NCBI GenBank assembly: GCA_005789325.1
Contig: SXYE01000067.1
Coordinates: 1 to 32,819, forward strand
Reading direction: 5' to 3'
Length of the DNA stretch: 32,819 bases
From: Actinomycetota bacterium
Lineage (GTDB): Bacteria > Actinomycetota > Actinomycetes > S36-B12 > UBA5976
Shown piece after piece: positions 19,150 through 31,739 of this stretch. The notes beneath the pieces were generated by a model, which had not been told where the DNA came from, made no database searches, and was given only the letters and a program-made list of their open reading frames with translations. The translations under genes were made by a program, and so were the position numbers. The stretch's first letter is position 1, and every line of letters starts with the position of its first letter.

Positions 19150-20628
19150 TTACTTCTTTAAATGTTTTTCAATTCGTGAAACTACTTTTTCTTTACCCAT
19201 GATTTCCATGGATTCAAACAATGGTGGAGAAACTCTTCTTCCCGTTACTGCTACTCGAAGGGCCGTAAAAACTATGCGGGGTTTTAATCCCATTTCTGTA
19301 ACTAAAACTCTGTTTAATTCATCATGCAAAGTTTGGGTCTTAAATTCTTTTAATACATTAATAACTTTCACACTTGCTGCTAACGCAGGCAAAATATCGT
19401 GTGTTAAAGACTTTTCAGCATCTTCGTGATCAACTACAAAGTCCTTTTCTTCCACAAATAGAAATGACAACATCCCAGGAACTTGAGAAAGTGTTTCAAG
19501 TCTTTCTTGAACCAATGGAGTTGCGGCTAGTAGTAAATCTTTTTGATCTTTGTTCACATTTGCAGGTAAGACTTCATCTTCAATAAGTCTTTTTTCCATG
19601 CGAGCAGCTAATTCTTCAGTGGAGAGTTTTCTGATCCAATCAGCATTGATTGCTGTGCACTTTTTAATATCAAATCGGGCAGGATTAGCACTTACTCTAC
19701 TTATTTCAAAATTTTCTGCCATTTGTTTCATGGAGAAAAACTCAATGTCATCACCAAATGACCAGCCCAGCAGGGCCAGATAGTTCAACAGACCTTCTGG
19801 CAAGAAACCTTCTCGTCGATACATCAACAAACTAGATTCAGGATCTCTTTTGGAAAGTTTTTTGTTTCCTTCCCCCATCACATATGGGAGATGACCAAAT
19901 TCTGGGGTAACACCTTTTCCAACACCAATTTGTTTGAAAGCTTCATAAAGTGCAATTTGTCTGGGAGTTGAAGATAACAAATCCTCACCTCTCAAAACAT
20001 GTGTTATTTCCATAAGGGCATCATCTGTGGGATTTACCAGTGTGTAGAGAGGATCTCCATTTGCTCTTACTAACACATAATCTGGAATATGTTCGTGCTC
20101 AAAACTTAACTCACCACGTACCAAATCATTCCAAGTGATTGTTTTACTTGGCATTCTAAATCTTAAAACTGGTTCGCGACCCTGTGCTTTGAATTCAGCA
20201 ACTTGCGAATCCGTTAATTCACGACAATGCGCGTCATAGCCAGGTGTTTGACCTTTTTCTTTTTGAGCTTTTCTTCTTTCTTCAACTTCTTCTTGTGTGC
20301 AATAACAGTGATATGCAAAACCTTTTTCGTGAAGTTTTTTTGCAACATCTTTGTAAATATCCATACGCTCACTTTGGCGATATGGACCAAATGCTCCGCC
20401 AACTTCTGGACCTTCATCCCAATTAAGTCCCAGCCAGCGCATTGAATCTAGAAGTGCTTTATAAGACTCTTCGCTGTCTCGTGCGGCATCTGTGTCTTCA
20501 ATACGAAATACGAATGTTCCATTGTTGTGTTTAGCAAAAGCCCAGTTGAATAAAGCAGTTCTTACCATTCCCACATGGGGATCCCCCGTTGGTGAAGGAC
20601 AAAATCTAACTCGAACTTTATTTGACAT
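19150..20628 (-). CDS. gltX: Glutamate--tRNA ligase
   Basis: 492 aa. Class I HIGH region (PSPTGDPHVGMVRTA) and a KMSKS-type loop (KLSKR). The start overlaps the cimA 3' end by 11 nt. Confidence 0.96.
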   Translation of the reverse strand: MSNKVRVRFCPSPTGDPHVGMVRTALFNWAFAKHNNGTFVFRIEDTDAARDSEESYKALLDSMRWLGLNWDEGPEVGGAFGPYRQSERMDIYKDVAKKLHEKGFAYHCYCTQEEVEERRKAQKEKGQTPGYDAHCRELTDSQVAEFKAQGREPVLRFRMPSKTITWNDLVRGELSFEHEHIPDYVLVRANGDPLYTLVNPTDDALMEITHVLRGEDLLSSTPRQIALYEAFKQIGVGKGVTPEFGHLPYVMGEGNKKLSKRDPESSLLMYRREGFLPEGLLNYLALLGWSFGDDIEFFSMKQMAENFEISRVSANPARFDIKKCTAINADWIRKLSTEELAARMEKRLIEDEVLPANVNKDQKDLLLAATPLVQERLETLSQVPGMLSFLFVEEKDFVVDHEDAEKSLTHDILPALAASVKVINVLKEFKTQTLHDELNRVLVTEMGLKPRIVFTALRVAVTGRRVSPPLFESMEIMGKEKVVSRIEKHLKK

Positions 20629-22216
20629 TAGCTTTCAACAATCCATAAGTAACGGCATCAGAAATTGCATTCCAAGATGCAGCAATAACATTTTCGTGCA
20701 CACCTAAAGTGTCCCATTGAGAATTACCATCAGTGGTTTCAATTAATACCCTGGTAACAGCACCGGTACCTTTAACGCCTTCCAAAATACGAACTTTGTA
20801 ATCGATTAATTCTAAACTGGCTAACTCAGGATAAATCTTTTCCAATGCTGCTCTTAGTGCTTTATCAAGAGCATTTACAGGACCGTTTCCTTGCGAAGTT
20901 TGCTCAAGGTGTTTTCCTCCGGCAGTAACTTTTACTATGGCTTCTGTTACTACTTCGCCTTTTTCAGATTGTTCAACAGTTACTTTCCAGGACTCAACGG
21001 TGAAATATTTTGGATCCGTTTCACCCAGTTCATTTCTTAGTAATAATTCAAATGAGGCATCTGCAGCTTCAAAGGTGTAGCCGCGTGATTCCATTTCTTT
21101 AACTTTTTCCACAACCGAAGTTAAAACCTCTTTATTGCCTTCAAGGTTGTAACCCATTTCTTTACCTTTTAATTCAATGGATGCTCTTCCAGCCATATCG
21201 GAAACTAAAGTTCTCATATCATTTCCCACTAATACAGGATCAATGTGTTGATAAAGCATTGGATCAATTTTCACAGCACTGGCGTGAAGTCCTGCTTTAT
21301 GAGCAAAGGCTGAGAAACCAACATAAGGTTGATGTTGATTTGGATTAATGTTTGTAATTTCACTTACTGCGTGAGCAATTCTGGTCATTTCTTTGATCGC
21401 ATCACTTGGTACAACTATTTTGCCTTTTTTCAATTGCAAGTTTGCTACAACACTAAATAAGTTAGCGTTACCACTTCGTTCTCCGTAACCATTTGCTGTT
21501 CCTTGCACATGAGTTGCTCCTGCATCAACTGCAGACAAAGTATTTGCCACAGCACAATTAGTGTCATCATGGCAATGAATTCCAATTCTTGCTTTAGTTG
21601 CAGTGAGTACTTCGTGAACAACTTCACCTAATTCATTAGGTAGCATTCCCCCATTGGTGTCACAAAGTGCAACTAGTTCAGCACCTGCTTGAGTAGCAGC
21701 ATTTACCACTTCTAATGCAAAATTCTTATTACTTCGATATCCATCAAAGAAATGCTCAGCATCAAGAAATACTCTTCTTCCCTCAGATGTTAGGAAAGCA
21801 ACAGTGTCTTTAATCATGGCAATGTTTTCATCCAGTGTTGTTTTTAAAGCTAATTCAACATGGCGATCAAAAGATTTTGCCACCAAAGTTATAACTTGAG
21901 CTTTTGAATCAAGTAATGCTCTAACTTGTGGATCATCTTGGGCTTTAGCATTTGGTCTTCTTGTACTTCCAAATGCAGCTAAGGTTGCATACTTAAGTTT
22001 TAAATCTGTGTGAGCTTTAGCAAAAAATTCTGTATCTTTAGGGTTTGCTCCTGGCCATCCACCTTCGATGTAGCCCACACCTAATGAATCAAGGTGTCTA
22101 GCAATATTTAATTTGTCTTGCACTGAAAGGTTTAAACCTTCTTGTTGTGCACCATCTCTTAAAGTTGTGTCATAAATATGAAACGCAGCAGCATCTAGAG
22201 AAGAATTGTTTGACAT
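20618..22216 (-). CDS. cimA: (R)-citramalate synthase (CimA-type member of the LeuA/HMGL-like family)
   Basis: 532 aa. N-terminal YDTTLRDGAQ HMGL-like barrel and a C-terminal LeuA-dimer regulatory domain. Its size and sequence differ from the long-form LeuA at 24694. Strong AAGGAG SD. CimA versus a second IPMS is inferred from family resemblance. Confidence 0.8.
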   Translation of the reverse strand: MSNNSSLDAAAFHIYDTTLRDGAQQEGLNLSVQDKLNIARHLDSLGVGYIEGGWPGANPKDTEFFAKAHTDLKLKYATLAAFGSTRRPNAKAQDDPQVRALLDSKAQVITLVAKSFDRHVELALKTTLDENIAMIKDTVAFLTSEGRRVFLDAEHFFDGYRSNKNFALEVVNAATQAGAELVALCDTNGGMLPNELGEVVHEVLTATKARIGIHCHDDTNCAVANTLSAVDAGATHVQGTANGYGERSGNANLFSVVANLQLKKGKIVVPSDAIKEMTRIAHAVSEITNINPNQHQPYVGFSAFAHKAGLHASAVKIDPMLYQHIDPVLVGNDMRTLVSDMAGRASIELKGKEMGYNLEGNKEVLTSVVEKVKEMESRGYTFEAADASFELLLRNELGETDPKYFTVESWKVTVEQSEKGEVVTEAIVKVTAGGKHLEQTSQGNGPVNALDKALRAALEKIYPELASLELIDYKVRILEGVKGTGAVTRVLIETTDGNSQWDTLGVHENVIAASWNAISDAVTYGLLKANVK

Positions 22217-22250
22217 TTTCTTTTCTCCTTTATCTTTCTGGTTCCGGTAA

Positions 22251-22278
22251 ACAAAAAACCCCTCGCTCTCGCGAAGGG
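22251..22278 (-). terminator. Rho-independent terminator / attenuator about 35 nt upstream of the cimA start
   Basis: The minus strand reads CCCTTCGC-GAGA-GCGAGGGG-TTTTTTGT: an 8-bp GC-rich stem (one G-U), a GNRA-like loop and a U-tract. It lies about 120 nt downstream of the ilvE stop and immediately before the cimA SD. Confidence 0.75.
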
Positions 22279-22322
22279 CATCAGCACACTTGGTTTGGGT
22301 TTCTATCCCCAGTTAAGTGCGC

Positions 22323-22349
22323 TTAACTAATAATTTCCTGGTTCTTCAT
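22323..22349 (-). CDS. Putative cimA leader peptide MKNQEIIS (two consecutive Ile codons)
   Basis: ATG AAG AAC CAG GAA ATT ATT AGT TAA on the minus strand. The stop codon sits inside a perfect 7-bp hairpin, AGTTAAG-CGCA-CTTAACT (22311-22328), upstream of the terminator. SD spacing is poor (AAAGG only 2 nt from the ATG). Confidence 0.4.
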   Translation of the reverse strand: MKNQEIIS

Positions 22350-22398
22350 TGCCTTTAGTTTGCCCCATCTATAACAGCAGTATTAAAACAGGGGTAAT

Positions 22399-23484
22399 TT
22401 ATCCGACCGAAACAGTCCAATTGTGTTCATCTTTTGCTACCCCAGTTTGAATATCCAACAAGGCAGCACGAATTTTGGCAGTGACCTCACCTGTTTGACC
22501 TTGGCCCACAATGAATTCATCATCACTTGATTTAACTAATCCAACTGGAGTGACAACTGCAGCAGTGCCGCAAGCAAAGACTTCTGTGATATCTCCTTGT
22601 TCGCAACCTTTTTTCCAGTCTTCAATACTTATTTTTCTTTCAACTGAAGTCATTCCTAAATCTTTAGCTAATTGCAAAATTGAATCCCGAGTAATTCCTG
22701 CAAGCAATGATCCTGTTAAAGATGGAGTAACAATTTCATTCTTTTTTCCATAAACAAAGTAAAGATTCATTCCGCCCATTTCTTCAATGAAGCGGCGCTC
22801 AATTGCATCGAGCCACACAACTTGATCGCAACCTTGATTAGCAGCTTGTGCTTGAGCAATTAGTGAAGCTGCATAATTTCCTGCAAATTTTGCTTCTCCC
22901 GTGCCACCAGGTGCAGCTCGTACATATTCCTTACTTAACCAAACAGAAACTGGTTTGATACCAGCAGGAAAATAATTTCCGGCAGGAGAAGCAATTAATA
23001 AAAATAGGTATTTACTGGCAGGTCTTACCCCTAAACCAACTTCAGTAGCAAACATAAATGGTCGTAAATAAAGAGATTTCTCTCTATCTTCTGGAACCCA
23101 GTTTTTATCAACAGCTATTAATTGCTTTATGGATTCCACAAATAATTCTTCTGGAATTTCTGGCATTGCCATTCTCTTGGCAGATTTTGCAAATCTAGCT
23201 GCGTTTGATCTTGGTCTAAAAGTTTTAATACTGCCATCTTTATGCTTGTAAGCTTTTAATCCTTCAAATATTGCTTGACCATAATGCAAGGTCATGTTGG
23301 CTGGATCAATTATAAGAGGACCATATGGAACAACGCGTGGATTAATAAAACCTTTGTCTTTTTCCCAATCAATTAATACCATGTGATCAGTGAAATGCTT
23401 ACCAAAACCTGGATTACTTAAAATTGCATTTCTGTCTTCATCTGATTTAGGTGATGAATTTTTAGTAACGCTAAAAGATGTCAC
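22399..23484 (-). CDS. ilvE: Branched-chain amino acid aminotransferase
   Basis: 361 aa, class IV (fold type IV) PLP aminotransferase of the long actinobacterial IlvE type. The GTG start overlaps the leuB stop (GTGA). Confidence 0.93.
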   Translation of the reverse strand: MTSFSVTKNSSPKSDEDRNAILSNPGFGKHFTDHMVLIDWEKDKGFINPRVVPYGPLIIDPANMTLHYGQAIFEGLKAYKHKDGSIKTFRPRSNAARFAKSAKRMAMPEIPEELFVESIKQLIAVDKNWVPEDREKSLYLRPFMFATEVGLGVRPASKYLFLLIASPAGNYFPAGIKPVSVWLSKEYVRAAPGGTGEAKFAGNYAASLIAQAQAANQGCDQVVWLDAIERRFIEEMGGMNLYFVYGKKNEIVTPSLTGSLLAGITRDSILQLAKDLGMTSVERKISIEDWKKGCEQGDITEVFACGTAAVVTPVGLVKSSDDEFIVGQGQTGEVTAKIRAALLDIQTGVAKDEHNWTVSVG

Positions 23485-24512
23485 GCGCTCACCAGTTTAG
23501 CTATTGCATCTCCAATTTCTGAAGTGCTTCGTTTAGCTGTTCCTCTGGTTGCTAAATCTTTTGCAACTGCCATTTCGATTTTTTTAGCAGCTTCTTTTTC
23601 ACCCAAATGATCAAGCATCATAGAAACACTCATAATTGCTGCAGTTGGATCTGCAATTCCTTTGCCCGCAATATCTGGAGCTGAACCATGAACTGGTTCA
23701 AACATAGATGGAGTTGTTTTCTCAGGATTGATATTGCCACTTGCTGCTAATCCGATGCCACCAGCAATTGCTGCACCAATATCAGTCAAGATATCGCCAA
23801 ACAAATTATCGGTCACAACAACATCAAATTTTTCAGGATTGGTCACAAAAAACATTGACGCTGCATCAACGTGCTGGTAATCAGTTTTAACATCACTGAA
23901 TTCTTTGGCCACGCGATCAAAAGTTCGCTTCCACATATCGCCTGCAAAAACTAAAACATTTGCTTTATGAACAAGTGTTAAATGCTTACGGCGACTTTGA
24001 GCACGCTTAAAAGCATCACGAATTACTCTCTCTGCACCAAAAGCTGTGTTCAAAGATTCTTCAGTTGCAAGTTCATCTTTGGTGCCTTTTCTTAAAACAC
24101 CACCTGCTCCAACGTAAGATCCTTCAGTTCCTTCTCTAACAACAACCATGTCAATGTTTTCAGGAGTTTTACGCGCTAGAGGAGTAGTTACTCCGGGAAA
24201 TAACTTAACTGGACGCAAATTCACATAGTGATCTAATTCAAAACGTAATCTAAGTAAAAGCCCACGCTCTAAAATTCCTGGAGCAACTTTTGGATCTCCC
24301 ACAGCACCAAGCAAAATTGCGTCAAATTTCTTTAATTCCGCTAAAACTGAATCAGGAAGTGTTTCTCCAGATTTTAGGTAGCGATTAGCTCCTAAATCAT
24401 AATTTTGGGTTTCAAACTTTTTGCCCACAGCATCAAGTACTTTGCAACCTTCATTAACAACATCGACACCGATGCCGTCACCAGGAATTAACGCGATGCG
24501 ATAGGAATTCAT
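23481..24512 (-). CDS. leuB: 3-isopropylmalate dehydrogenase
   Basis: 343 aa. [11 protein letters not shown]-terminus and the NLFGDILTD isocitrate/isopropylmalate dehydrogenase signature. Confidence 0.95.
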   Translation of the reverse strand: MNSYRIALIPGDGIGVDVVNEGCKVLDAVGKKFETQNYDLGANRYLKSGETLPDSVLAELKKFDAILLGAVGDPKVAPGILERGLLLRLRFELDHYVNLRPVKLFPGVTTPLARKTPENIDMVVVREGTEGSYVGAGGVLRKGTKDELATEESLNTAFGAERVIRDAFKRAQSRRKHLTLVHKANVLVFAGDMWKRTFDRVAKEFSDVKTDYQHVDAASMFFVTNPEKFDVVVTDNLFGDILTDIGAAIAGGIGLAASGNINPEKTTPSMFEPVHGSAPDIAGKGIADPTAAIMSVSMMLDHLGEKEAAKKIEMAVAKDLATRGTAKRSTSEIGDAIAKLVSA

Positions 24513-24569
24513 AATAAGTACAGCGTAGGGCTGCGCTACTTATTTTGTGCCTGCTACCCTTAAGTCCTA

Positions 24570-24611
24570 ATGATTCGTTGCTTGCTACTTCAAAGCCGCA
24601 GCGAGGCCTAA
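24570..24611 (+). CDS. Putative leuA leader peptide MIRCLLLQSRSEA (three consecutive Leu codons)
   Basis: ATG ATT CGT TGC TTG CTA CTT CAA AGC CGC AGC GAG GCC TAA, 83 nt upstream of leuA. Its 3' third forms the 5' arm of an 11-bp perfect hairpin. There is no obvious SD, so translation may be leaderless or near-leaderless. Confidence 0.6.
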   Translation: MIRCLLLQSRSEA

Positions 24612-24632
24612 CGACTGGCCTCCTCGCTGCGG
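24596..24632 (+). promoter_or_regulatory. Strong hairpin in the leuA 5' leader, with an alternative pairing downstream
   Basis: CCGCAGCGAGG (24596-24606) is perfectly complementary to CCTCGCTGCGG (24622-24632). The 3' arm (TCGCTGCGGG, 24624-24633) can instead pair with CCCACAGCGA (24659-24668; 9 of 10 bp). No U-tract follows either helix. Confidence 0.65.
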
Positions 24633-24672
24633 GAGTTCGCTATTGCTGGTCTGCATTCCCCACAGCGACTAA

Positions 24673-27992
<3,320 letters not shown>

Positions 27993-28001
27993 ATTTCAAG
28001 T

Positions 28002-28151
28002 CTACTTAGTTGATTTATTATCGCGACATGAGTCTGAGCAATACTTAACTTGATCCCAATTTTTAGCCCAAGATTTTCGCCACGTCATAACCCGTGAACA
28101 ACGAACACAGATTTTTTCTTTTTTAGGATGCTTAGAAATATGTGAGCCCAC
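28002..28151 (-). CDS. Small DUF2256-type zinc-ribbon protein (49 aa); absent from the supplied ORF track
   Basis: Hand translation gives (GTG)GSHISKHPKKEKICVRCSRVMTWRKSWAKNWDQVKYCSDSCRDNKSTK*. The pattern K-x-C-x2-C-x4-(T/S)WRK-x-W-x3-W-x2-V-x-YCS-x2-CR matches what I recall of the DUF2256 family. The frame is closed by TGA seven codons upstream of the GTG. An ATG at 28088 would lose the first CxxC, so the GTG is preferred. Confidence 0.7.
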   Translation of the reverse strand: MGSHISKHPKKEKICVRCSRVMTWRKSWAKNWDQVKYCSDSCRDNKSTK

Positions 28152-28178
28152 ATAACCTATTTTAGGTCAGTGGGCTCA
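28143..28178 (-). promoter_or_regulatory. 9-bp perfect hairpin between ilvC and the DUF2256 ORF; it contains the GTG start of the latter
   Basis: The minus strand reads TGAGCCCAC-(18 nt)-GTGGGCTCA starting 17 nt after the ilvC stop, followed by CATATTTCT (a poor U-tract). It could be an ilvC-proximal terminator or processing site, or a structure occluding the small ORF's start. Confidence 0.5.
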
Positions 28179-28194
28179 TTTGGCTAATCGAGAT

Positions 28195-29256
<1,062 letters not shown>

Positions 29257-29769
29257 CTAGCTAGAGCGTAATGTGCGATCGGAAACGGCTTTTGCTCCAC
29301 GTCCGATTGCCACCATGCCTGACTGCACTAGTTCCTTAATTCCGTACTCCTCCAACACCTTCAATAGTGCTTGAATCTTGTCGTGGTTGCCGGTGGCCTC
29401 AATAGTTATGGCATCTGGGGCAACATCGACAACTTTTGCTCTGAAGAGCGAAACTGTTTCTAAAATGGCTGAGCGAGAATTGTTATCTGATTTTACTTTC
29501 ACCAAAAGTAACTCACGTTGGACAGCAGCAGTGTTATCAAGTTCCACAATCTTTAAAACATTTATTAACTTGTTTAATTGTTTTGTAACCTGTTCAAGTG
29601 GTGATTCAGCAACGTTAACCACGATAGTCATTCGTGAAACACCTTCTGTTTCAGTTGGACCCACGGCTAAAGATTCAATATTGAACCCACGGCGAGCAAA
29701 CAAGCTTGCAATTCGAGCAAGTACACCGGGTTGATCTTCAACAAGAACACTTAAAGTGTGGCGACTCAT
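29257..29769 (-). CDS. ilvN: Acetolactate synthase small (regulatory) subunit
   Basis: 170 aa. N-terminal ACT domain ([17 protein letters not shown]) plus an ALS_ss_C domain. The start overlaps the ilvB stop (ATGA). Confidence 0.95.
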   Translation of the reverse strand: MSRHTLSVLVEDQPGVLARIASLFARRGFNIESLAVGPTETEGVSRMTIVVNVAESPLEQVTKQLNKLINVLKIVELDNTAAVQRELLLVKVKSDNNSRSAILETVSLFRAKVVDVAPDAITIEATGNHDKIQALLKVLEEYGIKELVQSGMVAIGRGAKAVSDRTLRSS

Positions 29770-31511
29770 TCGTCATCACTTCGCATCCATTGTGGTGCCA
29801 TATCGCGAGCAAATTTGATTTCAGAGTTACTCATACCTGCTGCAACCATGGGCCAAACCATGGCATCTTTATGAACAACAAAGTCAATCACCACAGGAGC
29901 ATCGTTTAGTCCAAGGGCTTTTTCAATTGTTTTATCAACTTCTTCGCGTGTTTCGCAACGCAACCCATGGCAACCATAAGCATCAGCTAACTTCACAAAG
30001 TCGGGAACTCTATTGCTATTTAGATCTGTATTGGAGTAACGATTGTTGTAAAACAATGATTGCCACTGTCTAACCATGCCAAGTGCATTGTTGTTAATCA
30101 AACCAACTTTGATGGGAATGTTGTTAATGGTGCACGTAGCTAATTCCTGATTTGTCATTTGGAAGCAACCATCGCCATCAATTGCCCACACATCTTTATC
30201 TGGGGCACCAACTTTTGCTCCCATTGCTGCAGGAATGGCATAACCCATGGTTCCTAGACCACCTGAGTTTAGCCAAGTTCCTGGTTTTTCATATTTAACA
30301 AATTGGGCTGCCCACATTTGGTGTTGTCCAACTCCTGCTGCATAAATTGCATCAGGACCAGTGATGGCACCAATTCTTTCAATTACATATTGAGGTGAAA
30401 GTGATCCATCAACTGGATGGTCATATCCAAGTGGGTATTCAGTTCTTAATCTATTGAGATTTGCCCACCATGCCTCGTAATTACCAGTGCGACCAGCTTT
30501 ATGTTCATCTTTTAATGCCGCAACTAATTCAATAATTGTTTCTTTGGCATCTCCCACAATTGGAACATGAGCAAATCTATTTTTACCAATTTCGGCAGGA
30601 TCAATATCAACATGGATTACATCTGCTTCTGGTGCAAAAGATGAAAGCTGTCCGGTTACTCGATCATCAAATCTGGTTCCTAAAGCAATAAGTAAATCAC
30701 TTTGTTGCAAAGAACCAACTGCAGCAACTGAACCGTGCATTCCAGGCATTCCTAAATGTTGAGGATGAGAATCTGGGAATGCTCCTCTAGCCATCAAAGT
30801 TGTTACAACTGGAATTTGGGTTAATTCTGCAAGTTGTAATAATTCTTTGAAAGCATTTGATCTAATAACTCCACCACCAACATAGAGCACAGGTTTTTTA
30901 GCAGCAACAATTCTTTCAGCTGCTTCCTTCACTCTTTTTGAGTTTGGTTTTGTGGTTGGGTGATAACCAGGCAAATTCATAACTGGTGGCCAATTAAAAG
31001 TAGTTTTAGCATTCAATGCATCTTTAGAAATATCCACTAGGACTGGACCTGGTCGACCAGTTAACGCTAAATGAAAAGCTTCTGCAATCGCACGAGGAAT
31101 GTCATCTGCTTTGGTAACAAGATAGTTGTGTTTGGTGATTGGAAAAGTAATTCCTCGAATGTCTGCTTCTTGAAAAGCATCTGTGCCAATTGCATTTGAG
31201 GGAACTTGACCAGTAATTGCCACCATTGGAACTGAATCCATATGAGCATCAGCAATTGGTGTTACTAAGTTTGTAGCCCCCGGTCCACTTGTTGCCATGC
31301 AAACACCAACTCGACCCGTTACTTGGGCATAACCTTCTGCAGCATGACCTGCGCCTTGTTCATGTCTTACTAAAATGTGTCGAACTTTTTTTGAATCCAT
31401 CATTGGATCGTAAGCAGGAAGAATTGCTCCGCCAGGAATTCCAAAGACCGTATCCACACCAGATGATTCAAGTGATTGAATCAAACTTTGTGCACCAGTT
31501 ATTTCGGTCAT
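29766..31511 (-). CDS. ilvB: Acetolactate synthase large subunit
   Basis: 581 aa, ThDP enzyme. GGLGTMG and GDGCFQMT ThDP-binding motif. AAAGGA SD. Confidence 0.96.
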   Translation of the reverse strand: MTEITGAQSLIQSLESSGVDTVFGIPGGAILPAYDPMMDSKKVRHILVRHEQGAGHAAEGYAQVTGRVGVCMATSGPGATNLVTPIADAHMDSVPMVAITGQVPSNAIGTDAFQEADIRGITFPITKHNYLVTKADDIPRAIAEAFHLALTGRPGPVLVDISKDALNAKTTFNWPPVMNLPGYHPTTKPNSKRVKEAAERIVAAKKPVLYVGGGVIRSNAFKELLQLAELTQIPVVTTLMARGAFPDSHPQHLGMPGMHGSVAAVGSLQQSDLLIALGTRFDDRVTGQLSSFAPEADVIHVDIDPAEIGKNRFAHVPIVGDAKETIIELVAALKDEHKAGRTGNYEAWWANLNRLRTEYPLGYDHPVDGSLSPQYVIERIGAITGPDAIYAAGVGQHQMWAAQFVKYEKPGTWLNSGGLGTMGYAIPAAMGAKVGAPDKDVWAIDGDGCFQMTNQELATCTINNIPIKVGLINNNALGMVRQWQSLFYNNRYSNTDLNSNRVPDFVKLADAYGCHGLRCETREEVDKTIEKALGLNDAPVVIDFVVHKDAMVWPMVAAGMSNSEIKFARDMAPQWMRSDDE

Positions 31512-31587
31512 TTAATTTTTCCTTTAATCGGGGAAGAATTCTTTTTTAAGAGAATCCCTCAATTGTTTCAGTTGCTCTTAGCCCACT

Positions 31588-31621
31588 AAAAAACCCCCCG
31601 GCCTTTTGGGCAAACGGAGGG
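31588..31621 (-). terminator. Rho-independent terminator of the ilvB leader (attenuator)
   Basis: The minus strand reads CCCTCCG-TTT-GCC-CAAAA-GGC-CGGGGGG-TTTTTT: a 10-bp interrupted GC stem followed by six U. It lies about 75 nt upstream of the ilvB start and 22 nt downstream of the leader ORF stop. Confidence 0.8.
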
Positions 31622-31642
31622 TGGCGCGTGGGCTAAGTCTTG

Positions 31643-31684
31643 CTAGCCGACGCGCTCGCTAACTACTACGAGTGCATTTCTCAT
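31643..31684 (-). CDS. Putative ilvB leader peptide MRNALVVVSERVG (Leu plus three consecutive Val codons)
   Basis: ATG AGA AAT GCA CTC GTA GTA GTT AGC GAG CGC GTC GGC TAG on the minus strand. Its 3' end and stop codon lie in the hairpin GCGCGT-C-GGCTA-(8 nt)-TAGCC-C-ACGCGC (31624-31655). A TANNNT hexamer (TACTCT) ends 7 nt upstream of the ATG, consistent with leaderless translation. From memory, the ...RVG ending resembles known actinomycete ilvB leaders (unverified). Confidence 0.7.
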   Translation of the reverse strand: MRNALVVVSERVG

Positions 31685-31739
31685 TAATCAAAGAGTACAA
31701 CGAAACGAAATAAAGGGCTAGCCAGAGGTCTAACTACTA

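Noticed and set aside
22327-22368. An alternative small ORF, MGQTKGNEEPGNY, in the cimA leader region.
   Set aside because: It contains no Ile/Leu/Val run and no SD. The overlapping MKNQEIIS frame fits an attenuator model better, though that one is itself only tentative.
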